Part shown: positions 33,986 to 45,200 of the stretch, piece by piece
Layout of the letters: every line of letters begins with the position of its first letter
Numbering within the stretch: position 1 is the first letter of the stretch
DNA from: Planctomycetaceae bacterium
Lineage (GTDB): Bacteria > Planctomycetota > Planctomycetia > Pirellulales > Thermoguttaceae
Direction: 5' to 3'
DNA length: 64,000 bases
Assembly: GCA_012719125.1 (NCBI GenBank)
Contig: JAAYAY010000013.1
Location: 1 to 64,000 of the forward strand
Notes under the pieces: generated by a model
What the model saw: only the letters and a program-made list of their open reading frames with translations
Told to the model about the DNA's origin: nothing
Database searches by the model: none
Made by a program: the position numbers and the translations under genes

Positions 33986-36325
33986 ATGCTCACCGTTGTC
34001 TGCCGGAATAGTCGCTCGCTGACGAGCATGCTTCTGTTGACGGCACTATCTCTCACGGCCGCGACGGCCCAGGAGATTCCGTTTACCATCTCCAATCCGG
34101 CCTCCGTGCCGGCAACCACGGTGGCAAGAGTTTCCCTGCCGGTTCCTGCGGGTGTTATGCTCGGAGAACCGCGGGCGTACGCTTGGCTCGGCGGCGAGAC
34201 CGTGGCGGTGCAGGCCAAGGCGGTCACCCGCCATGGGGACGGCTCGCTGCGTCGTGTCATGCTCAGTATTCCGGTGAGTCTGAACGCCCGCGACACCGTC
34301 GAGGGCGTCTACCCAGCCGGCGGCTCGGCGGTGTCGCCGGGTAAGCAAGATCTTGCCGCCATCACGACCGACCACTGGAAAGTCGTGCCTGGCATGGACC
34401 GAATTGAGATACGCGGCGACGGCGGGAAGCTGTTGGCGGCCGTGGAGACCTTTGGGCCGCAAACCGGTCAAGCGGAAGACGTTCTCAGTGTGATTGACAG
34501 CGGACCTCAGTTTGTCTGGCTGCGATACGACCGTGCGGGCAAGGAATGGGGTCGCCAGTGCGACGTCCAGGTCTTTCGCACCGGCGAAGTGCGTCTTGTC
34601 CACCGCATCCAGGCGAAGCTCGACGGCGATCACTGGACGCCCGACTTCGGTTGGACGCTCACTGCCCCAGGCGCACGAGTTTCGAACGTGCCCCCCGGGC
34701 CGGTGCACGTGCTGGGCCGCGATCCAAATTCACACTTCAGCGACGACGGTAACGCCGACCTGCTTGCAGAGATCACTGCCAACGACAGCCGAACGGTTTG
34801 CGTCGCCAATCCCGTAGCGCTGCGGCAGAACCGAGGCACGTTCGAGGTGACGCAGGCCCCCGAGGCGGTGACGGTGCGTTCGAACCGGAACGAGCCGGTG
34901 GACGATCTCGAGACACAAGGTCTGATGATTCAGGAGGGGGCATGGCGGTTCAGCGAACTGGTCATCGCGCCGCTCGGCCGAGCCGAACTTGCCGCGCAAC
35001 TCGATGCGCCCGTCTACGGCCATGCCGGCTGGCAGGCCTACGACGCGGTCTATCACACCGGTCCGCCGCTGCAGCTTCAACATCCTGTTTTGCGCGACTG
35101 TGTGGAGAAGACGACTCGTGCTCTGCAGGACATGCAGATGAAGGGCGACGACCTCGGTTCCATGCCGTGGCACTGGTCGCCCGGGCAGACCAAGCCCGAC
35201 TACACGTCCGCGGTGCGGCTGAACCATGCACTCTATGTCTGGGAGGATTGGTTCCGCGGCGGCGATCCGAGAATGAGGGGAGTGGCCCACGACTGGTGCC
35301 GCAACTATTTCGACTTGGGAATGTATTGGGGACCGGACCCGAAATACGTCGGTGCGTGCCGCCGCGGCAATGCCTGGCGCGACAGACCCGGCCACGGTCC
35401 GGGAACCTTCAATCCGCGTTTCGACAACGCGCCCATCTACGTCCACAAGGGCTGGAGCAACTTCTGGCTGATGTATGAGGAGACCGGCGACCCGCGATAC
35501 CGCCGGGCAGCCGAGGCGGCCGCCGATTGGTCGATCCGCGAGCAGAATGCCGGGCTGAGCTACACGCGAACCATCGGCGTGGTGACCGACGCGGTGAAAA
35601 TGTACGAGTATGCGGGCGATCGCAAGCATCTGGAGAATGCCGTCCGCCTATGGAAGACCTTCCAACCGACACAGGGCGAGGACCTGCTGTTCACCGAGAG
35701 CGGCAAGCCGGCAGTAGGCAACGATCTCTACATCAGCAACGACAAGCTCGGCTACAAGACCCCGTTCGTGAAACCTTACATCGTGCAGTATGCCACCAAT
35801 GCCTTGCCTTATCTGCTGAGCCACACGCCGGAGGACCAGCGGCTGCACGACACGATCCTGGCTCTGAACGATTGGATGGCACGGGTGCAGCAGCCCGGCG
35901 GCGGCTGGGGCTATCCTCACCCGGCGACGGCCGGAGCCGCGTGGAACCTGGAGTATGTGCATGGACTGCTGCTGGCCTATGAGGTTGCGGCCAAGGCGGA
36001 GTATCTGGATGCGGCGGCACGCAATCTTCGGCCGACGGTGCAACTCTGCGCACTGCACGGCTGGCCCGCATCGGGACTTGATCCGTGGGAGTTCGGAGCG
36101 AGAATTGACGCCGATCAGCGGCAGCAGCAATACCGGCTGGCGGCCGATCGCGATCCGGCGCGAGACTATGCGGAGGGCCGCATCAGGTTTGGCAGAGGGC
36201 CAGACAATACCGTCTACTTCCCGGTCGTTCTGCGCGATTACCTGAGACACCGATCCGAAGCATCGCTGCTGGAGGCCGATGAGATCATGGAGCAGCTCAA
36301 ACGGCTGCCGGCCACCTTGCCGTGA
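33986..36325 (+). CDS. Secreted hypothetical protein, possible alpha/alpha-toroid polysaccharide lyase/hydrolase-like C-terminal domain
   Basis: Signal peptide 'MLTVVCRNSRSLTSMLLLTALSLTAATAQE'; C-terminal half is rich in W/Y/H/D ('WHWSPGQTKPDYTS', 'HKGWSNFWLMYEETGDPRYRRAAEAAADW'). The function call is inference. Confidence 0.55.
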   Translation: MLTVVCRNSRSLTSMLLLTALSLTAATAQEIPFTISNPASVPATTVARVSLPVPAGVMLGEPRAYAWLGGETVAVQAKAVTRHGDGSLRRVMLSIPVSLNARDTVEGVYPAGGSAVSPGKQDLAAITTDHWKVVPGMDRIEIRGDGGKLLAAVETFGPQTGQAEDVLSVIDSGPQFVWLRYDRAGKEWGRQCDVQVFRTGEVRLVHRIQAKLDGDHWTPDFGWTLTAPGARVSNVPPGPVHVLGRDPNSHFSDDGNADLLAEITANDSRTVCVANPVALRQNRGTFEVTQAPEAVTVRSNRNEPVDDLETQGLMIQEGAWRFSELVIAPLGRAELAAQLDAPVYGHAGWQAYDAVYHTGPPLQLQHPVLRDCVEKTTRALQDMQMKGDDLGSMPWHWSPGQTKPDYTSAVRLNHALYVWEDWFRGGDPRMRGVAHDWCRNYFDLGMYWGPDPKYVGACRRGNAWRDRPGHGPGTFNPRFDNAPIYVHKGWSNFWLMYEETGDPRYRRAAEAAADWSIREQNAGLSYTRTIGVVTDAVKMYEYAGDRKHLENAVRLWKTFQPTQGEDLLFTESGKPAVGNDLYISNDKLGYKTPFVKPYIVQYATNALPYLLSHTPEDQRLHDTILALNDWMARVQQPGGGWGYPHPATAGAAWNLEYVHGLLLAYEVAAKAEYLDAAARNLRPTVQLCALHGWPASGLDPWEFGARIDADQRQQQYRLAADRDPARDYAEGRIRFGRGPDNTVYFPVVLRDYLRHRSEASLLEADEIMEQLKRLPATLP

Positions 36326-36334
36326 GTACTTCGA

Positions 36335-39061
36335 TCAGGTCGACTCGGCGACCAGCTTTCGAAGGACCGTCTGAAGGATCCCGCCGTTGCGGTAGTATTG
36401 CAGCTCGACCGGTGTGTCGATCCGGACCTTCACCTCGAATCGGATGCTCGAACCATCGGCCGCGGCCGCAGTGACCGTCAGAGCCCCGCCGGGTTTGAGC
36501 GTCACGTCGGACTGGGGAATGTCGAAGACCTCCTCGCCCGTCAAACCGAGTGATTGCCACGTGGCCCCGCCGGTCAGTTCGAGCGGCAAGACCCCCATGC
36601 CCACCAGGTTGCTGCGGTGAATCCTTTCGAAGCTGCCGGCAATCACGGCCCGAACGCCAAGCAACTGGGTCCCCTTGGCGGCCCAATCCCGGCTGCTGCC
36701 CGTGCCGTATTCGCTGCCGGCCAGCACGATGAGCGGCACTCCCTCCTCCGCGTACTGCATGGCGGCTTCGTAAATCGTCGTTTCCGTGCCGTCGGGCAGA
36801 TGGCGGGTAAGGCCCCCTTCCGTACCCGGCGCCAGCAGGTTGCGTATGCGGATGTTGGCGAAGGTGCCGCGCGTCATCACCCGATCGTTGCCGCGGCGAG
36901 ATCCGTAACTGTTGAAGTCCACCGGCCCAACGCCGTGCTCCTGCAAGTACTTGCCGGCCGGCCCGTCGGGCTTGATGGCGCCCGCCGGCGAAATGTGGTC
37001 GGTGGTCACCGAGTCGCCCAAGGCAGCCAGCACGCGAGCGCCTTGGATGGGCTCGATCGGCCCCGGTTCGGACGCCAGATCCAGAAGGAAAGGCGGTTCC
37101 TGAATGTATGTGCTGGCCTCGTCCCAGGCGAACAGGCTTCCGCCTGTCACCTGGATGGCGTTCCAGCGAGGATTCGACGAGAAGACGTCGGCATACTGCT
37201 TGCCGAACATCTCGGCCCGCACGACTCGGGCGGCAACCTCGTTCACCTCTTCCGCGCTCGGCCAGATGTCCTTGAGATAAACGGGCCGGCCGTCGTTGCC
37301 GGTACCCAGAGGGGAACTCGTCAGGTCGATATCGACCGTGCCGGCCAGGGCGTAGACGACGACCAGCGGGGGGCTGGCCAGATAGTTTGCCTTGACCAGC
37401 GGGTTGACCCGCCCTTCAAAGTTGCGATTTCCGCTTAGAACGGCCGAGGCCACAAGATTACCCTCGGTGACGGCCTTGGCGACGGGGTCCGGAAGCGGAC
37501 CGCTGTTGCCAATGCACGTCATGCAACCATAACCGACCGTGGCGAACCCCAGAGCGTCGAGCGGCCTGTCCAGTCCGGCCGCCTCCAGATAGTCGGTGAC
37601 CACCCGGGATCCGGGGGCCAGGCTGGTCTTCACGTGGCACGGAACCCGCAATCCCTTCTCGACCGCCTTCCGGGCAACAAGCCCCGCGGCAAGCATCACG
37701 CTTGGATTGCTCGTGTTCGTGCAACTGGTGATCGATGCAATGACCACCGCCCCGTGCCCGATCCGGCTCACTTCGCCGTCCGTCTTGACCTCCGCCTCGG
37801 CATCCAGTGCTGCATCTGCCAGGGCGAATCCTCGCTGGGCAACCGGGGCACGAAGCGACTTGTGGAACGCCGACTGCATTTGCGAGAGCGGCACGCGATC
37901 CTGGGGGCGTTTCGGACCGGCCAGACTCGGCTCGATCCGCCCGAGGTCGAGACTCAGGATCTTGGTATACTTGGGAGTCGGGCTCGCAGGGGTGCGGAAG
38001 AGTCCCTGCTCCCTCGTGTAGCGCTCGACCAGTTCAAGCTCTGCTGCTGTGCGACCGGTTTCGCGAAGGTATTCGATTGTCTGACGATCCACTGGGAAGA
38101 ACCCCATGGTGGCGCCGTATTCGGGGCCCATGTTCGCCAGCGTCGCCCGGTCCGCCAGCTTCATGAAATCGACGCCCTCGCCGAAGTACTCGACGAACTT
38201 GCCGACCACCCCTTCTTTTCGAAGCAGTTCCACCACGGTCAAGACAAGATCCGTGGCATTGGCGCCGGCGGGCAACTGCCCGGAGAGTTCCAGGCCCACA
38301 ACGTCGGGCATCAGCATGTAGAGCGGCTGACCGAGCATCATCGCCTCGGCCTCGATGCCGCCGACCCCCCAGCCAAGCACTCCGAGACCGTTGATCATGG
38401 TGGTGTGGCTGTCGGTGCCGACCAACGAATCCGGGAAGGCGACGGGGCCCTGAGCATCCTCGCGCACGAAGACGCCCTTCGCCAGAAACTCCAGGTTGAC
38501 CTGGTGAATGATCCCGACCGAGGGGGGGACGACACGGAAATTGTCGAAGGCGCTCTGCGCCCAGCGGAGCAGTTCGTAGCGTTCCCGATTCCGCTCGAAT
38601 TCCAGGGCCACATTCGCCTCCAAAGCATCGGCCGTGCCGAAGCGATCGGTTTGGATCGAGTGGTCGATCACCAGATCGACGGGGATCAGAGGATTGATCT
38701 TCGTCGGGTTCCCCCCCAGTCGCTGCATGGCGCTCCGCATGGCGGCCAGATCGACGACGGCCGGAACCCCGGTGAAATCCTGGAGGATCACCCGTGCCGG
38801 CTTGAAGGGAATCTCCAACGGCTCACCCGAACGAGAGGCCCAGCCCGCCAGGTTGCGAACGTCCTCTTCCCGCACGGCGAACCCGTCGCAGTTTCGCAGC
38901 ACCGATTCGAGAAGCACCCGGATGGAATAGGGAAGATCGTCGATCCGGGTCAGGCCGGCCCGCTCCAGGGCCGAGAGCCGGTAGATCCCCATCGGACCCG
39001 ATGAAGTCTGGAAAGTGTCACGTGCCCCAAAGGGGTCTGCTGTTGCCTGCGTCGATGTCAT
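36335..39061 (-). CDS. acnA: Aconitate hydratase A
   Basis: 908 aa; '[23 protein letters not shown]', Fe-S ligand region '[11 protein letters not shown]', 'CMTCIGNSG', C-terminal swivel domain. Confidence 0.95.
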   Translation of the reverse strand: MTSTQATADPFGARDTFQTSSGPMGIYRLSALERAGLTRIDDLPYSIRVLLESVLRNCDGFAVREEDVRNLAGWASRSGEPLEIPFKPARVILQDFTGVPAVVDLAAMRSAMQRLGGNPTKINPLIPVDLVIDHSIQTDRFGTADALEANVALEFERNRERYELLRWAQSAFDNFRVVPPSVGIIHQVNLEFLAKGVFVREDAQGPVAFPDSLVGTDSHTTMINGLGVLGWGVGGIEAEAMMLGQPLYMLMPDVVGLELSGQLPAGANATDLVLTVVELLRKEGVVGKFVEYFGEGVDFMKLADRATLANMGPEYGATMGFFPVDRQTIEYLRETGRTAAELELVERYTREQGLFRTPASPTPKYTKILSLDLGRIEPSLAGPKRPQDRVPLSQMQSAFHKSLRAPVAQRGFALADAALDAEAEVKTDGEVSRIGHGAVVIASITSCTNTSNPSVMLAAGLVARKAVEKGLRVPCHVKTSLAPGSRVVTDYLEAAGLDRPLDALGFATVGYGCMTCIGNSGPLPDPVAKAVTEGNLVASAVLSGNRNFEGRVNPLVKANYLASPPLVVVYALAGTVDIDLTSSPLGTGNDGRPVYLKDIWPSAEEVNEVAARVVRAEMFGKQYADVFSSNPRWNAIQVTGGSLFAWDEASTYIQEPPFLLDLASEPGPIEPIQGARVLAALGDSVTTDHISPAGAIKPDGPAGKYLQEHGVGPVDFNSYGSRRGNDRVMTRGTFANIRIRNLLAPGTEGGLTRHLPDGTETTIYEAAMQYAEEGVPLIVLAGSEYGTGSSRDWAAKGTQLLGVRAVIAGSFERIHRSNLVGMGVLPLELTGGATWQSLGLTGEEVFDIPQSDVTLKPGGALTVTAAAADGSSIRFEVKVRIDTPVELQYYRNGGILQTVLRKLVAEST

Positions 39062-39534
39062 CGGTGGGACGATCTCCAGGGAAGAATTCGTGGTGTTTCA
39101 AGGTCCTGCAGGTACCGGGTGCTGCACAGCTCCTCTGTTCGGTGGGTACCGGGCGCCCGGTACCTACGAAAATCCTATCCGCCGAGAGGATTTCATGGAA
39201 CCGGTGTGAGGCGGGAGCGTTCGTCGGCGTGAATCCTGTGGGGTTGGGAGTTGGTCAACGGAGAGTGATTTCTGCCAATATCACTGGCCGAGGCTTCGTC
39301 CGAAGTGGGGGTTGTGTTGTCTAGATTCTCTGCTCCATAGATTTCCATTGATGTCATTGATTTCACCGAATATTTCGTACACTTCCGGCTCACAAGAGGG
39401 GGTGGCGACTTGAGGGCGCCATCGGCCCAGGGCGACCGTGCGTAAGTATACATATTTACAGTATTCTGTCAAGGGGAAAACTGAACACCTTGGGAGAATT
39501 GCTGCTGCGTCCGCCTGTCATGCAGCGAGTGGAT

Positions 39535-40236
39535 TCACGGGTTGACGCCGGTGGCGATCCAGGGCCGCGGCAGGGGAGCTACGTACGACATTGGCAGATG
39601 CGTCATCGGGTGGTCGAAGGCCAAAAACCGGGAGTGCAGGGCGATGGCGCGAAGTCGCTGATCTTCGTATTGTTCGCCAAAAGCGGTGGTGGCCCCGTAT
39701 TGCACGTCGCCCAGCAAGGGATGGCCCCGCGAGGCGCACTGGATACGGATCTGGTGCATCCTTCCCGTTTCCAGGCGGATCTCCAGCCAAGAGAACGCGG
39801 CAGACTGATCGAGGGTGCGGTAATGCATCACGGCCTCGCGAGCATCCGCGTGGTCTGCGGGCACGATCTCGGCCTGGGCGACGTCGGGGATCTTTCGGAG
39901 GTGGTCGAGCCAGGTGCCTTCTCTCGGAGTGACATGGCCTTCCAAGAGGGCCCAGTAGACCTTCTCCACACGTCGCGACTCGAACTGCTCGGACAACCTC
40001 CGGGCTGCCCGAGCGTGCTTGGCGAACACCATGGCCCCGCTCACCGGCCGGTCGAGTCGCTGGGGGACACCCAGATAGACGCCGCCGGGTTTCTGATCGC
40101 GGACCTTGATGAACTGTTTGATACGCGTCTCCAGGCTGTCGATTCCCTGCGGAGCTTGCGTCAGTAGGCCGGGGGGCTTTGAGACCACCAAGCAAGGGCC
40201 GATTTCTCCCAGGATTTCAAAATCAGGCTCGATCAT
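39535..40236 (-). CDS. RluA-family pseudouridine synthase
   Basis: 'CLVVSKPPGLLTQ', catalytic Asp 'VPQRLDRPVSGAMVFAK', 'HQIRIQCASRGHPLLGDVQYGA'. Start at 'MIEPDFEIL'. Confidence 0.85.
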   Translation of the reverse strand: MIEPDFEILGEIGPCLVVSKPPGLLTQAPQGIDSLETRIKQFIKVRDQKPGGVYLGVPQRLDRPVSGAMVFAKHARAARRLSEQFESRRVEKVYWALLEGHVTPREGTWLDHLRKIPDVAQAEIVPADHADAREAVMHYRTLDQSAAFSWLEIRLETGRMHQIRIQCASRGHPLLGDVQYGATTAFGEQYEDQRLRAIALHSRFLAFDHPMTHLPMSYVAPLPRPWIATGVNP

Positions 40237-40376
40237 AGTCCAACCATTGTACTCCACAGCCCGAAGGTTGCAGCGGCGCGGGGCGGATTCTAAATTGGGG
40301 TGTCTGGGCAATACCGGCTCGGCACACCGTATTGGCTTTCGGCGTTGTCGCTTCTGGTAACACGGTGAGGAAGAAC

Positions 40377-41063
40377 ATGAACTTCTTGTACTCAGCGTCG
40401 GCATCGATGTTCACGGCCTGTTTGGCTTCTTCGTTGCTTCTGGCCGCCGAGCCGAAAACACCAGCGGTCGACATGTTCGGCCCGGAGGCCGCCAAGACGG
40501 TCACTTGGACGGCCTTCAGTGAAGACAAAGCCGCGAAGCAGGACGACGTCTGGCAGATCGGTCCGGAGTTGATCCTCTGCAAGGGTACGCCCCGCGGCTA
40601 TCTGCGAACGGTCGAGGATTTCACCGATTTCACTCTGGAGTTGGACTGGCGCTGGCCCAAAGACCGACCCGGAAAGGGCGGGGTCTTGATCCGGACCACG
40701 GGCGACGACAAGATCTGGCCGAAGAGCCTGGAGGCTCAGATCAATGCGGGCGATGCCGGCGACTTCTGGGGATTGGGCGGCTATCGGCTGGCCGGACCTG
40801 CGGAGCGAATGAAAACGCTCGAAAGCGAGCAGTTCGGAACGCTGACCAATTTGAAGAAGAACGAGTCGTGTGAGCGCGAACCCGGTGAGTGGAACCATTA
40901 TGAGATTGTCGCCCGGGGCGGCGAAGTCACGCTGAAGATCAACGGTCGACTGGTCAACAAGACCACATCCAGCGACGTCGCTGCCGGCAAGATCTGTCTG
41001 ACGTCAGAAGGGAGCGAGATCCATTTCCGCAACGTGAAAATTACCGTGCCGAACAAGCCGTGA
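40377..41063 (+). CDS. DUF1080 (3-keto-disaccharide hydrolase-like, LamG fold) secreted protein
   Basis: Signal 'MNFLYSASASMFTACLASSLLLAA'; 'FTLELDWRW...GGVLIRT', 'NAGDAGDFWGLGG', 'NHYEIVARGGEVTLKINGRLVNK', 'GKICLTSEGSEIHFRNVKI'. Confidence 0.85.
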   Translation: MNFLYSASASMFTACLASSLLLAAEPKTPAVDMFGPEAAKTVTWTAFSEDKAAKQDDVWQIGPELILCKGTPRGYLRTVEDFTDFTLELDWRWPKDRPGKGGVLIRTTGDDKIWPKSLEAQINAGDAGDFWGLGGYRLAGPAERMKTLESEQFGTLTNLKKNESCEREPGEWNHYEIVARGGEVTLKINGRLVNKTTSSDVAAGKICLTSEGSEIHFRNVKITVPNKP

Positions 41064-41158
41064 GCTTTGAGCCATGAACAGTGAGCGTTCGGCAGAGTTG
41101 CGGAATTCTCACTTTGAGCTCAACGCTTCCGTTTCTGAACCCTGTCTTGGAGAGAACC

Positions 41159-41851
41159 ATGCGAAGACGATCGATGTATAGCAGCCTGATTGCCCTGTTG
41201 GTCCTGACGGGCGCACCGCTCTCGGCGGAAGAGAAGTGCGTGGCCGATGTGAAAGAACCCGTCGAACTGTTCAACGGCAAGGACCTGAGCGGGTGGAGTT
41301 GCTTCCTCGTGGATGCAAATGCCAAGATGGAAGACGTCTGGAGCGTCAAGGACGGCATCCTGATCTGCAAGGGCGAGCCCCACGGCTACCTGGCCACGGA
41401 GAACCGGTACGAGAACTTCAAACTGATCGTGGAGTGGCGCTGGGCGCCGGGCAAAGAACCGGGCAACAGCGGTGTGCTGATGCGGATCACGGGCGAAGAG
41501 ATGATGCTGCCCAACTGCGTCGAAGCCCAATTGAAGAGCGGCGACGCCGGTGCCATGTACGGTTTCCAAGGCTTCAAGATCGACGGACCGGCCGAACGCA
41601 AGACGGAAACCAAGGGCCACAAGCTGGGCGGCGACTTGACGGGCCTGAAGAAGCTGGAGGCCGCCGAGAACACGCCTCCCGAGTGGAACCGCTACGAGAT
41701 CACGGCCAGCGGCGACAAGATCGCGGTCAAGGTGAACGGCAAGAAGGTCAATGAAGCGTTCGGCTGTGACGTGCGCTGCGGCAAGATCGCCGTCCAGTCG
41801 GAAGGCGGCGAGATTCACTTCCGCAAGATCTCGCTCCAGCCCGTCAATTGA
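41159..41851 (+). CDS. DUF1080 (3-keto-disaccharide hydrolase-like) secreted protein, tandem paralog
   Basis: RBS ggagag; signal 'MRRRSMYSSLIALLVLTGAPLSA'; 'FKLIVEWRW...SGVLMRI', 'KSGDAGAMYGFQG', 'NRYEITASGDKIAVKVNGKKVNE', 'GKIAVQSEGGEIHFRKISL'. Confidence 0.85.
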   Translation: MRRRSMYSSLIALLVLTGAPLSAEEKCVADVKEPVELFNGKDLSGWSCFLVDANAKMEDVWSVKDGILICKGEPHGYLATENRYENFKLIVEWRWAPGKEPGNSGVLMRITGEEMMLPNCVEAQLKSGDAGAMYGFQGFKIDGPAERKTETKGHKLGGDLTGLKKLEAAENTPPEWNRYEITASGDKIAVKVNGKKVNEAFGCDVRCGKIAVQSEGGEIHFRKISLQPVN

Positions 41852-42237
41852 CGCCCCGTCCTGCCTGAGTCTTCTATCCGAAACGGCCCCGGTTTCGTCC
41901 GCTCGAAGCCGGGGCCGGCTTGCATTGAGAGACGATCGCCAAGACGCGACCCATATCCCCCGAAAGAGCTAGATTTGCGATTGTGTTGCCGAAACGCAAC
42001 GCGGCAAGAATTCCCCATCTACTCTGATCGTAAAATCCTGCGCCGAAATCTCTCCGCAGCAGCCAAGAATGTCCCTTTCGGCTGATCCAATTTCGTGCGA
42101 GTTCGATTACACTCGGAACTATCGGACGCTGGATTTCGTCCTTAGGGACAGTGTAGGATTGTTATGGCTCTGCGCCAGTTGGCGGGCGATCGGTGGGTTC
42201 TGCAAGCCCGAACAGACACTCAGGTACGGCAGAAGAG

Positions 42238-45200
42238 ATGAGTACAGTCCAAGGTTTTCGTTTTCCGCAGCAGCGTACAAAGAAAGCCACGACAGCCCGG
42301 TCTTCCCGCGTCGAGGCCCTCGAACCTCGGCGGGTCCTGGCGGCGCCGACGCTGGCAGATCTCCCCAGCGAGATCAACATCTACGCGGGTGCTCCCGTCC
42401 ACCTCGCTCTGGGCGGCGCGGATGCGGACGGCGACAGTCTTACCTATACGGTTTCCAGCACGAATCCCCAGATCAGCGCATCGATCCCCAAGCAGGAGGC
42501 CCCCAACGGCAACCGGAGCATGCGGATTACGGTGCAGGGGTACGGGCAAATGGTGTTCGAATTGTTCGAAGGCCGCGCTCCCGAGACGACCTCGCGCATC
42601 ATCGAGATCGCCGAATCCGACTGGTACGACGACCGGATCTTCCACCGCGTCATCGACGGTTTCATGATTCAGGGCGGTTCCCGCGACGGGCTGGGCATCA
42701 ACGGAACGGGCACCCAGTTCGACGACGAATACGACGTGGAACTCCAGTTCACCTCCTCGGGGCTTCTGGCGATGGCCAAGGCCGGCGACGACACGAACGA
42801 TTCCCAATTCTTTATCACCGACGTGCCCTCGGGCGGCTATTCCTATCCGCGCTGGCTGGACTTCAACCACACGATCTTCGGCAAGCTGACTTCCGGCGAC
42901 AACGTTCGCGAAGCCATTTCGGCCGCCGCGACCAATTCGAGCGATCGTCCGACCACAGACATCGTCATCGAGTCGGTCGAGATCTTTCAAGACACCCAGA
43001 ATGCCGTGATGATGATTGCGGCGCCGCACGGCACCTACGACACGGGCAATATCACGGTCACCGTGAGCGACGGAAAAGGAGGTACGGCCAGCAAGACGGT
43101 CCAGGTCAACGTCCTGCCGGACGGCAACAACAACAACCCGTTCCTCGGCCCGATCGATCCCATTCGACTGGCGATCGACCAGCCTTACAGTTTCCAACTC
43201 AACGCCACGGACGTCGAAGGCGACAAGATCTACTACCAGGCCGAATTGCTCACCGACACGGACGATATCACGGTCGAGGTTTCGGAGTCCGGGCTGGTGA
43301 CGATCACGCCCAAGAACGAAGTCGTCGGCGTGGCCGAAATCGCCTTCCGCGTGGGTCCCACTGCCGCGTCGCTCGTTCCCGACGAATACGGGGACTATGA
43401 AGAGGCAACGATCGACGCGCAAATCGTGACGATTGAGATCCCCCCGGCAAAACCCGTCATCAGCTTTGCGCCCGGGGCGGACACGGGCGTTCTGGACGGC
43501 AACACCTCCAAAGACAATTCCTCGGGCAAGGAACTCTTCTTTGAGGTCAAGAACCTCCAGGCCACGTCGGAACTGGCCATCTATCTCCAGGGGGTGCAGG
43601 TGGGTTACGAGCAAATCGCCCGGATTCCCCAAGGGGACGGCACCAGCAATTTCGTGGCGACCATCCGCTTGCGATCGGAGATGGTGCTGGACGACGGGAA
43701 CTACACCCTCCACATCCAGCAACTTCTGCCGCTCGACTCGGAACTGTATGGCGACCAGAAGTTGGCAAGCGACGTGTCGGAACCTCTCGAGTTCTCCGTC
43801 GACACCGCGCCCCCCGTCATCACTTCCGAGGCGGTGGATGTCGCCTTCCAGGGAGAAGAGTACTTCTACGACGTCGACTCCGACGACGAAGGCGACGACG
43901 ACGTCTACTACGAACTGCAGATTCCGTTTCCCGCGGGGATGACCATCGATTCCGCCACCGGTGAGATCCGCTGGACTCCCGCAGCGACGGCCGGTTTCAC
44001 CGAGGAAGTCGTCGTCCGAGTGACCGACGGTGCGGGAAACAAGGGCGAGCAATCCTTCGAGATCACGGTTTACGCTCCCCTCGAGATCAGTCTCGAAGAA
44101 GGCGACACCAGCGTCGACGAACTGCAGACCGTGACCCTGATCCTCGAGGCCTCCAATCCCGCGGATTCGGCCTCGTCGCTGGTCATCACCTTGCAGGACG
44201 GGGTGTTGCCGGCCGAGGCCTATACCCTCGAACAACTGGACGGAAATCGTGCCCGCTTCACCTGGACGACCGGGGAAGCGGACGGACCCGGGGTCTACGA
44301 TCTGGTGTTCGGCGCCAACGACGGCGCCGATGCGCGCGGCAGTGAGACCATTCGAATCACGGTGAGCGAAGTCAACCAGGCACCCGAGTTCACCGAGGTC
44401 TTCGACGAGTGGACCGGGGCGGAAGAAGAACGAATCGATCTGCAATTCGTGGCGTCTGACGGCGATCTGCCCGCCAACGAATTGCTCTTCAACCTGTTTG
44501 GCGAAGTCCCCGACGGAGCGGTGATCGACGAAACCAGCGGCCTCCTCTCCTGGACCCCGGATGAGATCGACGGTGGGCGGACCTTCGAGTTCGGGGTCCG
44601 CGTGACCGATTCGGGCGGCCTGTCGGACGAACACACCATCGTCATCACCGTCGTCGAGAACCAGAAGGCGCCTGTCTTCGATCCCACGCCTCCTCAGCGA
44701 GTGACCGAAGGGGAGGTCCTTGATTTCGTCGTCGCGGCGCACGATCCCGACGTCCCCGCCCACGCCCTTGAGTATCAACTCGAAGGGGATGTGCCGGCGG
44801 GCCTTACCATCGACGCGCAAACGGGCCGCATCCGTTGGGATGTGCCGGAGGGGTATCTTCCCGGCACGACTCTGGAAGGCACTCTCGAACTGACCGTCGT
44901 CGCACGCGAAGTCGTGGCGGCCACGGAAGTTGGGCAGATCGCTCGGCAAACCGTGGAAATCACGGTGGTCGACGGCCTGGCCGATCTCGTCGCTGCCACA
45001 CTCACGCTGGCAGAGACGGCAATCTCCGATCCATTGGCCGGGCCGACAACCGTCTCGCTCACCGCGTTGACGCTCGATCGAGGATCGGAAGTACCCACGG
45101 TCTCGCAGAAGGCCGAGTTCTATGACGATCGAGGGTTCTTCGGGACCCTGTTCGGTCCGATCGGCACCGGCGGTGGAATCGAGCCTGGGACCAAGGAGAA

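Noticed and set aside
42069-43400. 443-aa Arg-rich ORF overlapping the start of the cyclophilin–He_PIG gene in another frame
   Set aside because: Extreme R/G/H composition and out-of-frame overlap with a gene that has strong domain evidence.
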